From positions 1-24,140 of IMG/VR virus record IMGVR_UViG_3300035454_001408: a DNA stretch of 24,140 bases. The stretch is one strand, 5' to 3'. Below are positions 23,869 to 24,140 of this stretch, one piece after another. The notes under the pieces were generated by a model, which was not told the origin of the DNA, searched no databases, and worked only from the letters and a program-made list of their open reading frames with translations. Within the stretch, counting starts at the first letter, position 1; the number at the start of each line of letters is the position of its first letter. Source of the DNA: a virus. The translations under genes and the position numbers were made by a program.

Positions 23869-24140
23869 TGGTTGTGATGTTATATTTTATTTAAATTGTT
23901 ATTACTCTTAATGTATAGATGTGTACATCCGAGTAATACTTTCTTTGATATAGCCTTGTATTTGTACAGTTTTAGAATGAGTAATAGTAGCAGATCATGC
24001 TTTGATTAAATGATAGTTTATGATTAAGATACTTGAAAGGTGGGGGTATAACTAATCAGAAATAGAAAGAAGGTAATAGGATATAAGGTATTCAACATTA
24101 TTCAAGTATTGAACAACCCTGGTTACATACACATGTACCA

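Larger units (their letters stand above)
1..24140 (-). mobile_element. Late (packaging/head/tail/lysis) region of a siphovirus-like archaeal virus or provirus of Methanobacteriales
   Basis: Co-oriented terminase-portal-protease-capsid-tail-TMP-baseplate-lysin genes; the lysin has pseudomurein-binding repeats and a Pei-like catalytic domain. No integrase or att site is in the window, so free virus versus provirus cannot be decided. Confidence 0.93.

Noticed and set aside
1-24140. CRISPR mini-array, tRNA, rRNA, integrase/att site, intein or intron
   Set aside because: I saw no regularly spaced repeats or cloverleaf, the intergenic gaps are short, and TerL, portal and capsid proteins have normal lengths with contiguous motifs.

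Overview
The window is the packaging, morphogenesis and lysis arm of a head-tail (Caudoviricetes, siphovirus-type) virus or provirus of a pseudomurein-walled methanogen (Methanobacteriales, inferred from the PeiW/PeiP-type lysin, archaeal TATA/BRE promoters and GGTGA/AGGAG ribosome-binding sites). Almost all genes lie on the - strand. Read right to left they are: a non-coding control region with a G-quadruplex/hairpin motif, a 57-aa Zn-finger ORF (missing from the ORF track), terminase large subunit, portal, SPP1 gp7/Mu F-like protein, protease-scaffold, decoration protein, HK97-fold capsid protein, a small fibre-like protein, adaptor, tail terminator, a small protein, tail tube, tail chaperone with a lambda-type GGGAAAG -1 frameshift, a displaced HK97 gp10-like gene, tape measure protein (TMP), six tail-tip/lectin-domain proteins, a 40-aa ORF and the endoisopeptidase, followed by a strong terminator. 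The only + strand gene is a lipoprotein moron with its own promoter. Most notable observations: (1) the TMP ends in a Cys-His-Asp domain resembling the virus's own lysin, a candidate virion-borne pseudomurein hydrolase; (2) the antisense lipoprotein abuts that domain, a candidate superinfection-exclusion or inhibitor partner; (3) a prfB-like +1 frameshift candidate could add an extra wall-binding repeat to the lysin; (4) a nested scaffold gene starts inside the protease gene. Family assignments come from motif recognition and gene order only; no database searches were run.
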